Translations under genes and position numbers: made by a program
Shown: one piece after another, positions 29,389 to 38,877 of the stretch
Position numbering within the stretch: position 1 is the stretch's first letter
How the letters are laid out: each line of letters opens with the position of its first letter
The notes under the pieces: model-generated
Told to the model about the DNA's origin: nothing
Database searches by the model: none
The model's input: only the letters and a program-made list of their open reading frames with translations
Origin: Polyangiales bacterium
Lineage (GTDB): Bacteria > Myxococcota_A > Polyangia > Polyangiales > Polyangiaceae
Assembly (NCBI GenBank): GCA_038230375.1
Contig: JBBRNJ010000007.1
Span: forward strand, 64,001-128,000
DNA: 64,000 bases
Reading direction: 5' to 3'

Positions 29389-30105
29389 CTACACCAACTC
29401 GGGGTCTTCTGGACCGCGAAGGCGCCGATCCATCGCATAAAGAGCGACAAACACGGGGATGAAGACGATCGCCGTCCATTGATAGAACGACATTCCGAGC
29501 AGCACGGCGGGCTCCGGACGGATCGCCTCCGTCACGAAGCGATAGACGAAGTAGGCAATGATGTAGAGCTTCACGCGCTGTCGCGGAAAGAGACGGCGCT
29601 TGCCGGCCCAGAAAAAAAAGAGCGCGCAGCTCGTGTGGAACGCGGCCTCGTAGAGCTGCGTGGGGTGCCGGTGCACGCCATCTCCGAAGTCCACGCCCCA
29701 TGGCAGCCGTGTCTCCGTGCCGAAGCAACACCCACCTACAAAGCAACCAAGGCGACCCACCGCGACCGCCGCAGCGACGGGCACCACGAACCCATCGCCG
29801 GTCTTCACGGTGATCCCCATCGCGCGCTTGGCGGCCTCCACGCCGAAGTAGCCGCCGACCAGACCAAGCGTGAGCGTGCGACCGCCTTCCAGCCATGCGG
29901 CGCCGCTGACGAACGCGGCCGGGTCCATGAAGAAGAAGGGGAGCTTCGCAGCGAACGTGCCGCCGACGATCGCGCCGACGCTGATGGCGACCCGCTGCGC
30001 GCGCGTGAGTACGGCCTTGTTCTGCGAGCGCTTCGCGAGCCACGAGCCCACGAGGAGCGAGCACCCCATGATCGCGACATACAGGACGCGATGCGACGTC
30101 GTCAC
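29389..30105 (-). CDS. Non-canonical prolipoprotein diacylglyceryl transferase (Lgt-like)
   Basis: GRLGCFVGGCCFG, PWGVDFGDG..RHPTQLYE and YRFVTEAIR, with multiple TMs. GTG start at 30105. Confidence 0.85.
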   Translation of the reverse strand: MTTSHRVLYVAIMGCSLLVGSWLAKRSQNKAVLTRAQRVAISVGAIVGGTFAAKLPFFFMDPAAFVSGAAWLEGGRTLTLGLVGGYFGVEAAKRAMGITVKTGDGFVVPVAAAVAVGRLGCFVGGCCFGTETRLPWGVDFGDGVHRHPTQLYEAAFHTSCALFFFWAGKRRLFPRQRVKLYIIAYFVYRFVTEAIRPEPAVLLGMSFYQWTAIVFIPVFVALYAMDRRLRGPEDPELV

Positions 30106-30112
30106 GCGTTGC

Positions 30113-31624
30113 TCACGTCTTCTTGCGGAGCTGGAAGAGCGGCACGTCGGCGCGCGGCGGAGTCTTGCGCGGTGAGTCCAGAGCGCCTTGCGCAAGCTCG
30201 GGCAGCGTTGCGTGACCAGGGCGATAGAGGACGTTGTACGCGCAGAACGGCACCACGTGGCCGCTGGGCAGCACGTGATGGATGCAGCATTTCATGACCC
30301 TGCGCACGTCGAAGTTGTACGCGTCCAGGAACGACGTGATGGTGATACGGAAGACGTCGCGCGGTGCCAGATCCTTCGCGAGAGCGCGCTCGAAGAACTC
30401 CGCGGCGAGCGTGTGGCCGCCGCGAACGAGCTGCGCAAGGTAGCTCTCCACGCTGTCGCATCCGGCGTCCGCGCACGCGGGACCCGCAAGGTAGGCCGTG
30501 ACCAGCTCCTTCGCCTTGGCGCGCGTGAAGCTGATGCCGTTCGCCAGCAGCTCCTTGTTCTTCTCCGCGTCGATGAAGCGCATGAGCGGCACCAGCGTGT
30601 CGCCCTTGCGGAACGCATACGTGAGCGTGTGGCAGTTCGGATGCGCACACGGAAGCGGGATGAAGTCCTTCGCAATGAAGAGCCCGTCCGTCTGCTCCTC
30701 GATCATGCGCACGACGTCGGGATAGGTGATGCGCTTCTCCAGGCTCTCGGGCTGCGCAGTGCGCCCCGAGTAGGTGGCGGGCTGGAAGCTGACACCGGTG
30801 ACCCATGGACGCGCCGCGCCGTAGCGGACGATCGCGCCGATCTCGTGCTCGTTCACGCCAGCCTGCAACGTGCAAGTGAGGATGACGCGCACGCCCGCCG
30901 CGCCCAGGCGCTCCACGACGCGGTGCTTGTGTTCCGCGGTCTCCACGCCGCGCAGCTCCCGCTGGGTGCGTTCGTCGAAGCCGTCGAACTGGAGGTAGAC
31001 CTCCACGCGCTTCTCCCATTTCGCCAGCAGCGCAACGAGCTCGTCGTTCTGCGCGAGCTTGAGCCCGTTCGTGTTGATCATCACGAGCTCGATGTTCTTG
31101 GAACACGCGTACTCGAGGATCCGGGGAAATTCAGGGTGGATCAGCGGCTCGCCGCCGGAGAGCTGCAGCACCTCCGGCGTGCCTTCGACCTCCACGAGGC
31201 GATCGATCATCTTCGCGACCGTCTCGAACGGCAGGTGCTCACCGCCCGGGCCGCTCTCCGCGTAGCAGACGGGGCAGGAGAGGTTGCAAGAGGAGGTCAC
31301 CTCTACAAGGCCGACGCAGGTGTGCTGCTCGTGCTCCTCACACAGGCCGCAGTCGAGCGGGCAGCCGTCCTTCGCGTGTGTGCCGAACACCTCCGGGATC
31401 TTCCCCGGCACGCTGTACATGTGGTTGTCGTAGGCGCTCGCGTCGGAGCACACGAAGTCCGTGCGCGGGCCGTGCGTGGGGCAGTGCTTCTCGAAGTAGA
31501 TGCGTCCGTCCTTGTCGACGATCTTGGCGCGGACGATCGCCTCCTTCGCCGTGCGCCCTTCTTCCAGGCACGTGGGGCAGAGGCTGTCGGTGATTCCGAG
31601 GAAGGTGCGGTCGCGGAGCTCCAT
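30113..31624 (-). CDS. Radical SAM enzyme, Tes/GDGT-MAS (MJ0619/COG1964)-like family
   Basis: CPTC..CPTH rubredoxin-like site, CPLDCGLCEEH auxiliary motif, CNLSCPVC radical SAM motif, SGGEP, CAHPNC and KCCIH...VPFCAYN. Confidence 0.85.
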   Translation of the reverse strand: MELRDRTFLGITDSLCPTCLEEGRTAKEAIVRAKIVDKDGRIYFEKHCPTHGPRTDFVCSDASAYDNHMYSVPGKIPEVFGTHAKDGCPLDCGLCEEHEQHTCVGLVEVTSSCNLSCPVCYAESGPGGEHLPFETVAKMIDRLVEVEGTPEVLQLSGGEPLIHPEFPRILEYACSKNIELVMINTNGLKLAQNDELVALLAKWEKRVEVYLQFDGFDERTQRELRGVETAEHKHRVVERLGAAGVRVILTCTLQAGVNEHEIGAIVRYGAARPWVTGVSFQPATYSGRTAQPESLEKRITYPDVVRMIEEQTDGLFIAKDFIPLPCAHPNCHTLTYAFRKGDTLVPLMRFIDAEKNKELLANGISFTRAKAKELVTAYLAGPACADAGCDSVESYLAQLVRGGHTLAAEFFERALAKDLAPRDVFRITITSFLDAYNFDVRRVMKCCIHHVLPSGHVVPFCAYNVLYRPGHATLPELAQGALDSPRKTPPRADVPLFQLRKKT

Positions 31625-31627
31625 CGC

Positions 31628-32140
31628 TCAGATCTGGCCCCGCCCGCAGATGATCCAGAAGATGGTCGCGAAGCTCACGAACATGAAGAGCAGCGCACCG
31701 AGGATGGTGACGATGATGCTGCCAGTGTTCGCCATGCCGCGGCGAAAAGAGGTCTCGTCTTCGAGGTAGGTCCGCGTGATGCGGATCAGATACACCATGA
31801 GAGGCGCGACGAGCACGCCGAACGCAATGCCCACGCCGGGCGCGAGCCACAGCAGCTCCAGGAACACGATGGTCAGCGCGAACGAGCTCGTCACCGCGAG
31901 CTTGAAGCGTCCGCGACGAGCGCTGCGCGTGAGGTCGACATGCGCGCCCTCGGCCACACCGCGAGCCGCCGTATGTGGAGGGAGCTCGTTCACGGCGCCG
32001 ATGCGAACGCGCTGCTCGGGAGTCACCTCCACCGCCGGTTGCGCATGAGCCTGCGCGGGATTCTCAGGAGCATGAGGCTCCTCGTGCGCGGGCTCCTCCT
32101 CCGGTGTGTCCGGACTCGCGCCTGGTTTCGGATCGCTCAT
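31628..32140 (-). CDS. Membrane protein: disordered acidic N-terminus, 3 TM helices, C-terminal ...FWIIC-GRGQI
   Basis: ATG 32140 (MSDPKPG). The stop lies 3 bp before the radical SAM start. Confidence 0.75.
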   Translation of the reverse strand: MSDPKPGASPDTPEEEPAHEEPHAPENPAQAHAQPAVEVTPEQRVRIGAVNELPPHTAARGVAEGAHVDLTRSARRGRFKLAVTSSFALTIVFLELLWLAPGVGIAFGVLVAPLMVYLIRITRTYLEDETSFRRGMANTGSIIVTILGALLFMFVSFATIFWIICGRGQI

Positions 32141-32160
32141 AGACCAGGAGCACGATATCA

Positions 32161-32302
32161 CTTCGACAACGACTTCGACTTCGACTTCGACAACGACAAC
32201 GACATCGACATCGACATCGACAACGACCTCGACCTCGACCTCGACCTCGACCTCGACAACGACAACGACTTCGACCACGACCACGACCTCGACTTCGACC
32301 TT
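32161..32302 (+). repeat. Intergenic (NNCGAC)n hexamer array
   Basis: TTCGAC/AACGAC/ATCGAC/CTCGAC/CACGAC units directly upstream of the radical SAM operon. Confidence 0.9.
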
Positions 32303-32382
32303 CGCTGACCTGAACGCGTGTCATCATCCGGCAGGGGTGATTCCGCGATGTTGCTTGATAGGTTGCAGCGGTCTCTGCCATC

Positions 32383-33234
32383 TTGGATGTGGTGGTGAGT
32401 CGTTGTTTACACTGTTTTGCTCGTTTGCTTTCGGTCGCGCTCGCGCTCGTGGCCATCTCGCGCGACGTGCTCGCTGACGAGGTTGCTTGCCCCGGCGGCA
32501 AGACCATCTCCGAGGCGACCGATGGTCACTGCTGCTGGCCGGGGCAGGCGTGGGATGTGGACACGCTGGCCTGCTTCGGCACGCCGCGATGCCCGGCGGG
32601 TATGCAGAGAGATGGTAAGGCGTGCATCCGCGCGCCGCTGCCGTCGCCTGCGCCACAACCTGCTGGTCCGCTGCCGTCCCTTCCTTCGAGCTCGGCCGAA
32701 CCTGCCACGCCGACAACGCCGCCGACTGCATCGTCGAGCGCGGTGTCCGATCAACCGCGCGCATCCGATCCGTATGTCGGCCCGCCAAGAACGCTACAGG
32801 AGGCGTTCGGGAAGAGCACGCCCACACGCGATCCTGTTCCTGTCTGGCCATTCCTGGTCGTGGCGGGCACGGTTCTCGTTCCTGTCGGCTATGTCACCGG
32901 GCTGTGGGCCGCGCTGCCGACAGGAGGCGACTTTTCCTGCACGCACGGCTCCGCATCTGCGCTCATCCCGATCGTCGGGCCCATCCTGCGCGTCGGCGAC
33001 TTCGGGCCACGCTATGTGGGTTCGTCAACGACGGACTGCGGAGAGAATCGCGCGCCGGTCGTGGCGTTTGCGATCATGAGCGAGGCGCTGCAGTTCAGCG
33101 GGCTCGCGGCCTATGCAGGCGCGGCGATCCTGTTCGCGACGAGCGATCCCGCGCCTCGGCGTGCGGGCATCACGATCTTGCCCGGCGCGGCCGGTGCCCC
33201 GCTCGGTGCGACTCTTCATGTCGCGACGTTCTGA
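32383..33234 (+). CDS. Hypothetical exported Cys-rich/Pro-rich membrane protein
   Basis: Signal peptide, CPGG..HCCWPGQ..C..CP..C module, Pro linker and C-terminal TM region with LIPIVGP. Confidence 0.65.
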   Translation: MDVVVSRCLHCFARLLSVALALVAISRDVLADEVACPGGKTISEATDGHCCWPGQAWDVDTLACFGTPRCPAGMQRDGKACIRAPLPSPAPQPAGPLPSLPSSSAEPATPTTPPTASSSAVSDQPRASDPYVGPPRTLQEAFGKSTPTRDPVPVWPFLVVAGTVLVPVGYVTGLWAALPTGGDFSCTHGSASALIPIVGPILRVGDFGPRYVGSSTTDCGENRAPVVAFAIMSEALQFSGLAAYAGAAILFATSDPAPRRAGITILPGAAGAPLGATLHVATF

Positions 33235-33238
33235 TCGG

Positions 33239-34297
33239 TCAGAGGGCGAGGAGCCAGCGCTCGAAGGCGGTGTCCAGCTCTTCGGGGGTCTTCTGCATCA
33301 CGTTGTGGAACGCGACGAGGCCCTTGTGGTCGTCCGCGTAGCCGTCGCGGAAGCCGTGGTAGAACGACCAGAGCTTGTTCTGGCTGTCCATCCACTGGCA
33401 GACGTAGCGTGCGAGCGCATAGTTGCGGCCCTCGTTGTCGCCGCGGAACTCTTCATCGCTGATGTGGAACAGCGTGGAGAGCTTCACGTGACCGGGATCG
33501 CGCCGCATGGCCTCGCGCAGGATCGGGTAGCGCCAGTTCTTGGCGCCGTGAATCTCTCCCTTGCGCGGGATGACGGGCGCCTCGAACACGCTTGCGATGC
33601 CTTCGTTGAGCCACGTGGGGGCGTCGTTGAAGTCGGCCTCGACCAGCGGATGCACCAGCTCGTGGGTGAGCGTGCCCAGTCCAAGCCCCGCGTTCATCAC
33701 CATGGCGCGGTTCGACGGCTGGTAGAAGCCGTAGATGCTCATGCACGGGTTCTCGTTGAACTCGGACTTGCAGAACGCGTTGTACGGCTGCGCGCGCGGG
33801 AACAGATACACCGTGATCGCACGCTCCGGCTTCTTGTCGAAGCGACCCGTGTAGAATGCAGTCATTGCATTCTGCATGAGCGACACGCTGGTCTGTAGCT
33901 CCGCTTGCGTCCAACCCGGCGGCGCGACGACGACATAGCTGTCGAGCACGGTGGTGAGCGTGCCGCGACCGAGCTTCTGTTTGGCGTAGTCCGAACGCGC
34001 GCGGAGATCCTGTGCCAGATCGTACGGCACGGGCGGCGTGACGGGCGTGACCGGCTGGAGCGCGGCCGCCTGCGGCAGTCCTTGTGGCGCATTCTGGAGC
34101 GACGGCGTGGTGCCGTTGGCCATCGCTGCGGCCCGCGGCGCCTGGGCGGCCTGGCCTGCTGGGTCGGCGAGTGCCTCGGGCTCCGTGGGCGAAGGCGGCT
34201 CGCGGCCAGAGACATCCTGCGAGCGCGGGGTCTCCTGAGGAGCCCGGCATGCAGCCAGCGTCAGAACGAGGGGGATCAGGCGGCGGGCGAGCGACAT
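33239..34297 (-). CDS. Lipoprotein with gluzincin-type zinc metallopeptidase motif
   Basis: LAAC lipobox after ATG 34297. THELVH (HEXXH) followed by PTWLNEGIA. Confidence 0.78.
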   Translation of the reverse strand: MSLARRLIPLVLTLAACRAPQETPRSQDVSGREPPSPTEPEALADPAGQAAQAPRAAAMANGTTPSLQNAPQGLPQAAALQPVTPVTPPVPYDLAQDLRARSDYAKQKLGRGTLTTVLDSYVVVAPPGWTQAELQTSVSLMQNAMTAFYTGRFDKKPERAITVYLFPRAQPYNAFCKSEFNENPCMSIYGFYQPSNRAMVMNAGLGLGTLTHELVHPLVEADFNDAPTWLNEGIASVFEAPVIPRKGEIHGAKNWRYPILREAMRRDPGHVKLSTLFHISDEEFRGDNEGRNYALARYVCQWMDSQNKLWSFYHGFRDGYADDHKGLVAFHNVMQKTPEELDTAFERWLLAL

Positions 34298-34428
34298 GGG
34301 CTGTTCGACCCAGCCTCCGACGTTTCGTTGGGCGAAAGGATCTGCGCGATTGCGATTGCGGCCGCACTTTCCCGTTCGCACGGGCAGCCGCGCTTGACCC
34401 GCTGCCTTTCGCAGCGAAAGATGTACGT

Positions 34429-34875
34429 GTGAGTAAGAATCGCCCGAGGTCACTTGTTCGCATCGCAGGCGTTGGCCTCGTCGCTGTCCTGGTCGCGTGC
34501 GGTAGCGGCGGCGGCGGCAGCACGGCGCCCGGGACGTTCAGCGGCGATCCGGTAGCGAACGCGATGTCCGAGTCCGGCGCAGTCCAGATGACCGCGCGAA
34601 CCTCCCCGAACCCGATCGAACGCGGAGAGGTCGTGCTGCAGCTCACCGCGAAAGACACGAAGGGCATCCCCCTCGATGGCGTCGTGATCAACGCCGTTCC
34701 CTGGATGCCAGCGATGGGCCACGGAGCCTCCACCGTCCCAGCGGTCACCGCGAAGGGCAACGGAGTCTACGAGCTCACCAACGTGAACCTGTTCATGCCG
34801 GGCCACTGGGAGCTCCGAATAACGATGACGGGCGCCATCACAGACAAGACAACGCTGTCCTTCGACGTCCCCTAG
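34429..34875 (+). CDS. YtkA/FixH-like Ig-fold lipoprotein
   Basis: LVAC lipobox. PWMPAMGHG and NLFMPGHWELRI motifs. Confidence 0.78.
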   Translation: MSKNRPRSLVRIAGVGLVAVLVACGSGGGGSTAPGTFSGDPVANAMSESGAVQMTARTSPNPIERGEVVLQLTAKDTKGIPLDGVVINAVPWMPAMGHGASTVPAVTAKGNGVYELTNVNLFMPGHWELRITMTGAITDKTTLSFDVP

Positions 34876-34878
34876 TCT

Positions 34879-35559
34879 CTACTGCTCGACGCAGAACAAC
34901 GCGTGTTTCAAGCTGCACGAGCTCCGCACGTCCCCCGCGCCGAACCCGTTCACTGCGTTCAAGTTCGTCGAATCGTCGCTCCCGATCGTCGCATCGTCCG
35001 CGCCAGCGACAGACGTCCAGCTGAGGCAGTCATGCGTGGAAGCAAGCCCGTTCGAATCGCTGCCGGACCACACCTCGGTGGCCGCCACGTAGCCGTTCTC
35101 GTCTCTCAGCGTCGTGAATGACGTGGCGAGAAAGTCATTCTTCGTCAGGTAGGCCGTCTCCTCGTTCATCGTCGCGTACGGCCCGGTGCTGGTCACGCGC
35201 GAGAGCGCACCGGTCTTGCCGCTCGACACGAGCGCGACGAACGTCGTCGAGTAGCCGGCCGACTCGGCGGCCGCCTGACACTTCGCGTCCGCGCCGTTCG
35301 AGCCACCGAGGTTTGCGGGAAACAAGTCGTGCGTGATGAACACGTGCTTGGAAGGAAGCTTCGCGCTGGTGTCCGGCGTCGAGCCACCGGTGGAGCTGGA
35401 AGAAGACGAGGAAGAAGAAGAGGAAGTGCTGCTGTGGCTGCAACCGCTGGAGCTGGAGGACCCGTCGCCGTGGTGGTCACCGAAATGATGCTCGAGCGTC
35501 GAGATGGCCTGCGGGCTCAGGGTCATCACGGCGGCAAGGAGGGCAGGAAAGCGAAGCAT
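34879..35559 (-). CDS. Exported protein with endostatin/DUF1554-like domain
   Basis: HVFIT...NLGGSNGADAKCQAAAESAG, VWSG..G...CLSWTS and C...HALFCVEQ. His- and Ser-rich linker. Confidence 0.7.
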   Translation of the reverse strand: MLRFPALLAAVMTLSPQAISTLEHHFGDHHGDGSSSSSGCSHSSTSSSSSSSSSSSTGGSTPDTSAKLPSKHVFITHDLFPANLGGSNGADAKCQAAAESAGYSTTFVALVSSGKTGALSRVTSTGPYATMNEETAYLTKNDFLATSFTTLRDENGYVAATEVWSGSDSNGLASTHDCLSWTSVAGADDATIGSDDSTNLNAVNGFGAGDVRSSCSLKHALFCVEQ

Positions 35560-35678
35560 GGGGAGACATGAAGCAATGCGCGGGCCACAACGCGAGCGCA
35601 TGAGAAGGCTCGTCTTTTCCGGGGCAGAGGGGCATGGAGTCAACGCGCATTCACGCCTGCTGGTATAGGATTGTCCGC

Positions 35679-37031
35679 ATGTCCTCGCGCGTTCGGAGTG
35701 GGTGCGCCGCGCTGTTCGCCGCCATCGCAGCCGTCGCAGCCTGCCATGACGACGGCACGCCCAGGCCCTCGGCCACGGTCGCGGACCTCCAGGATCCGAA
35801 CACGTGCGCGAGCTGTCACGCGTCGCAGGTAGAGGAGTGGCGGGGCAGCATGCACGCGTACGCGGCGGAGGACCCCATCTTCCTCGCCATGCAGAAGCGC
35901 GCACAGCGCGAGACGAACGGACAGATCGGGACGCTCTGCGCGGGCTGTCATGCGCCCATCGCCGTGCGCGAGGGACTCACCACGGACGGCCTGAACCTGG
36001 CCTCGCTGCCCGCACAGAAGCGCGGCGTCACCTGCTACTTCTGCCACAGCGCAACCGACACGACGGATTCGCACAACAACGCGATCACCCTGAGCGACGA
36101 CCTCGTGCTGCGCGGCGACATCCGCGACCCGAAGGCGAACGCGTTCCACGCCTCCACCTACTCCACGCTGCACGACGGCGACGACCTCCACGCCTCCGCG
36201 CTCTGCGGCACCTGCCACGATGTCGTGAACCCTGCAGGCGTCCCGGTGGAGTCGTCGTTCGCCGAGTGGCAGAAGTCTCTCTTCTCGCATGACGTCGCCG
36301 GACAGAAGCTCACCTGCCAGGGCTGTCACATGCCGGGTCACGACGCCCCCATTGCGCAGGGCGGTCCGCCGCGTCGCGCGCACGATCACACCATGCCCGC
36401 GGTCGACGTCGCAGTGATCCCGTTCGCACAGGCGGAGTCGCAGGCGTCGGAGGTGCAGTCGAACCTTGATCCCGCCCTGGTCGCGAAGATGTGTGTCCGC
36501 CCACCGCAGCAGGGCGACACAGTAGAGGTCACGCTCGACAACGCGTTCGTGGGGCACAACTTCCCCAGCGGCGCCGCGCACGATCGCCGCGTGTGGCTGG
36601 AGCTCATCGGCTACCAGGCAGACAAGATCGTCTATCAGAGCGGCGTGTTCGCAGACGGTCAGGAGATCTCGGCCGCGAAGGATCCCAGCCTGTGGCTGTT
36701 CGCAGACACGCTCTACGACAAGGACAAGAAGGTCGTTCCGTTCCTCTGGCAGGCCGCGTCCCAGGAGGTGGTCGCGCTGCCCTTTGCCGTAACAAGCGAT
36801 CCGAAGGACCCCGCGTTCTACCACGCAAAGGTGAGGACGTTCCCGGTGCCCGCAAACGCAGACCGCATCACCATGCGCGTTCGCATCGTCGCGTTCGGCC
36901 CCGAGATCCTCGCTGACCTCGTGAAGTCTGGTGATCTGGATCCGGCGATCGCGAAGAAGGTCGTACCGCTCTCGCTCGGCGGGACCACGCTCGAGTGGAA
37001 GACGGCGCTGGGATACAAGTGCGTGCCGTAG
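35679..37031 (+). CDS. Pentaheme c-type cytochrome lipoprotein (c554/c552-like)
   Basis: VAAC lipobox. Five CxxCH motifs (CASCH, CAGCH, CYFCH, CGTCH, CQGCH), EWRGSMHA and GHNFPSG. Confidence 0.88.
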   Translation: MSSRVRSGCAALFAAIAAVAACHDDGTPRPSATVADLQDPNTCASCHASQVEEWRGSMHAYAAEDPIFLAMQKRAQRETNGQIGTLCAGCHAPIAVREGLTTDGLNLASLPAQKRGVTCYFCHSATDTTDSHNNAITLSDDLVLRGDIRDPKANAFHASTYSTLHDGDDLHASALCGTCHDVVNPAGVPVESSFAEWQKSLFSHDVAGQKLTCQGCHMPGHDAPIAQGGPPRRAHDHTMPAVDVAVIPFAQAESQASEVQSNLDPALVAKMCVRPPQQGDTVEVTLDNAFVGHNFPSGAAHDRRVWLELIGYQADKIVYQSGVFADGQEISAAKDPSLWLFADTLYDKDKKVVPFLWQAASQEVVALPFAVTSDPKDPAFYHAKVRTFPVPANADRITMRVRIVAFGPEILADLVKSGDLDPAIAKKVVPLSLGGTTLEWKTALGYKCVP

Positions 37032-38260
37032 CAGAACCCACACCGCCAGCTGCAGTCGCAGAGCGCATCGACAACGTGCGCGTCATTCCGGGCTCTTCGG
37101 CCCGTCGCGCGCGCGTGACGTTCGCCGTGTTCCCGGCGCTGCTCTATCTGATGGCCATCATCTTACCGGCGATCGTGATCGATCCCGGATACCTCGCGCT
37201 GTTCTTCGTGCCCGCGCCGGTCCTGCTCATTTACATGCTGAGGCTGAAGCCCAGCCCGCGAACCTCCACGCTCGAGATCGGGCCCGGCATGGTCCGCGAG
37301 CGCCGGCCTTTCGGACTCCGTATCCGTGCGCGCGACGTGACCGGCGTGTCCGCTTGCTCGCACCAGGATGGCTACGCCGTGACCGTGCAGCTCCGGCGCG
37401 ATCCAGCGCCGCACACGTTCGTGGTCAAGGACGAGGCAACGCTTCTCCGCCTGCGCGACGCCCTTGGTGGCGGTCATGATGGCGGCGGGCTCATCGGATG
37501 GCCGACGCAGCGCGATCCGCGCGAGGTGATGCTGACAGCCGTGGGCATGGGCGCGTCTGCGTTCTGTCTTGGTGTCCTGGGCTCACTGTTCGCGTTCGCG
37601 TTTGCGTTCACGCGTGCGTTTCCGAAGCCGCCGCAGAAGGTGGAGAGCATCCTGCTCACGGACCAGGGGCTGATCTGGAACTTTGGCGGTCCACGGGTCT
37701 TTCCCTACGCGCAGATCGGCAGGGCCTCGCGCATCGGGAAGCTCCTGTTCCTGGATCCGGTCAAGCGAACGCCCGGCAGCGCCGACCACGTGACCATCCC
37801 GCTCAAGTCACTGTCCGATGCAGAGATAGATCTGCTCATCAGCCAGCTGGACTCCGCGATCCGTCGATCGCGTGGCGAACGCACGTTGCGTGACAGCGCG
37901 CTCGAGCGCGTGCAGGCGCTCAAGCGAAACGAGTCAGAGCCCATCAAGGAGTGGCTCATTCGCCTCGAGGCCGTGGCTACGGCCCTGCGCGGCAACGACT
38001 ACCGCAGCGTGCCCGTCAACGCTGACGATCTGTGGCGCATCGCGACCGACCCGGACGAGACGTTCGAGGATCGGACCGCTGCGGGCCGCGTACTCATCAA
38101 GGCGCAAGGACCAGCCACGCGCATGCGCGTGGAGACGGCGCTCGCGAACTCACGTGCGCCCGAGCAGCGGATCCGCGTCGCCCTCGACGACGACATCGAT
38201 GTGGCGACCAACGCGCTCACGGAGGACGTGCTCGAACGCAAGAAGCTCATGGCGCGGTGA
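36995..38260 (+). CDS. Hypothetical membrane protein
   Basis: 421-aa ORF with two TM regions and PH-like beta segments. Start uncertain. Confidence 0.6.
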   Translation: MEDGAGIQVRAVAEPTPPAAVAERIDNVRVIPGSSARRARVTFAVFPALLYLMAIILPAIVIDPGYLALFFVPAPVLLIYMLRLKPSPRTSTLEIGPGMVRERRPFGLRIRARDVTGVSACSHQDGYAVTVQLRRDPAPHTFVVKDEATLLRLRDALGGGHDGGGLIGWPTQRDPREVMLTAVGMGASAFCLGVLGSLFAFAFAFTRAFPKPPQKVESILLTDQGLIWNFGGPRVFPYAQIGRASRIGKLLFLDPVKRTPGSADHVTIPLKSLSDAEIDLLISQLDSAIRRSRGERTLRDSALERVQALKRNESEPIKEWLIRLEAVATALRGNDYRSVPVNADDLWRIATDPDETFEDRTAAGRVLIKAQGPATRMRVETALANSRAPEQRIRVALDDDIDVATNALTEDVLERKKLMAR

Positions 38261-38311
38261 GCGTCGCCCGTGTGCCCGTCACGTGTGGCAGCCGGCTTCC
38301 ATGTTGCCATC

Positions 38312-38725
38312 CTATCGCCGCACGTACCAGGTCACCTTCATCACCGCCACGTCCACGCCGGACGCGGTGAGGGTGACAGCCACGTCGAAGCTCACGCGGC
38401 CGTCCGCCTCAAGACGCTTGCGTATGTCGGCCACGCTCTCGACCAGCGTGCCCTTGGCCGTGACGCGACCCGAAGCCGGCTTCTTGTAATCGATGGTGGC
38501 GCTGCGAGCGACCGGGACACCGCCGAGCTCGCCCATCACCTGCGCGACCGCCACGCCGGATGCGCCCTCGCCGAGCGAGTAGAGCGCGCCCGCATGCACA
38601 GTGCCGATGTGGTTGTGAAGGGTGGCATCATCCGGCAGCGAGAGGACCGTGCCTTCGTCCTCCTGCACGCCCACCTTGCGCATGAAGGGTAGACCGACAA
38701 CGAACGATGTCTCGGGGGTGGTCAT
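38312..38725 (-). CDS. PaaI-like hotdog-fold thioesterase
   Basis: NHIGTVHAGALYSLGE and IDYKKPA.G.V.A. Confidence 0.85.
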   Translation of the reverse strand: MTTPETSFVVGLPFMRKVGVQEDEGTVLSLPDDATLHNHIGTVHAGALYSLGEGASGVAVAQVMGELGGVPVARSATIDYKKPASGRVTAKGTLVESVADIRKRLEADGRVSFDVAVTLTASGVDVAVMKVTWYVRR

Positions 38726-38877
38726 GGTTCAGAGCTCCTTATGTTACCAAGGGAAACATAGGCCCTGCGACCACGCACGGCAAGCCCGGGTCGCGCCGAC
38801 TCGGCGCGCTGGTTTGTGCCTTCGGGTGGTCGGCAGGTATGCGTTCGGCCAAGGCTACGATATCCTGCCGACAAGGC

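Noticed and set aside
29389..30105. Housekeeping lgt
   Set aside because: It lacks the HGG and GNFxNxE motifs and sits in a radical SAM operon, so no gene symbol was given.
30113..31624. MoaA or SPASM RiPP maturase
   Set aside because: The N-terminal CxxC..CxxH and CPxxCGLCxxH motifs and C-terminal CC..PFCxYN fit the Tes/MJ0619 family. There is no MoaA C-terminal GG and no PqqD/precursor gene.
31628..32284. 218-aa ORF with a Val/Glu/Asp-repeat N-terminus
   Set aside because: The extension is just the hexamer array read in frame. ATG 32140 gives a more plausible protein.
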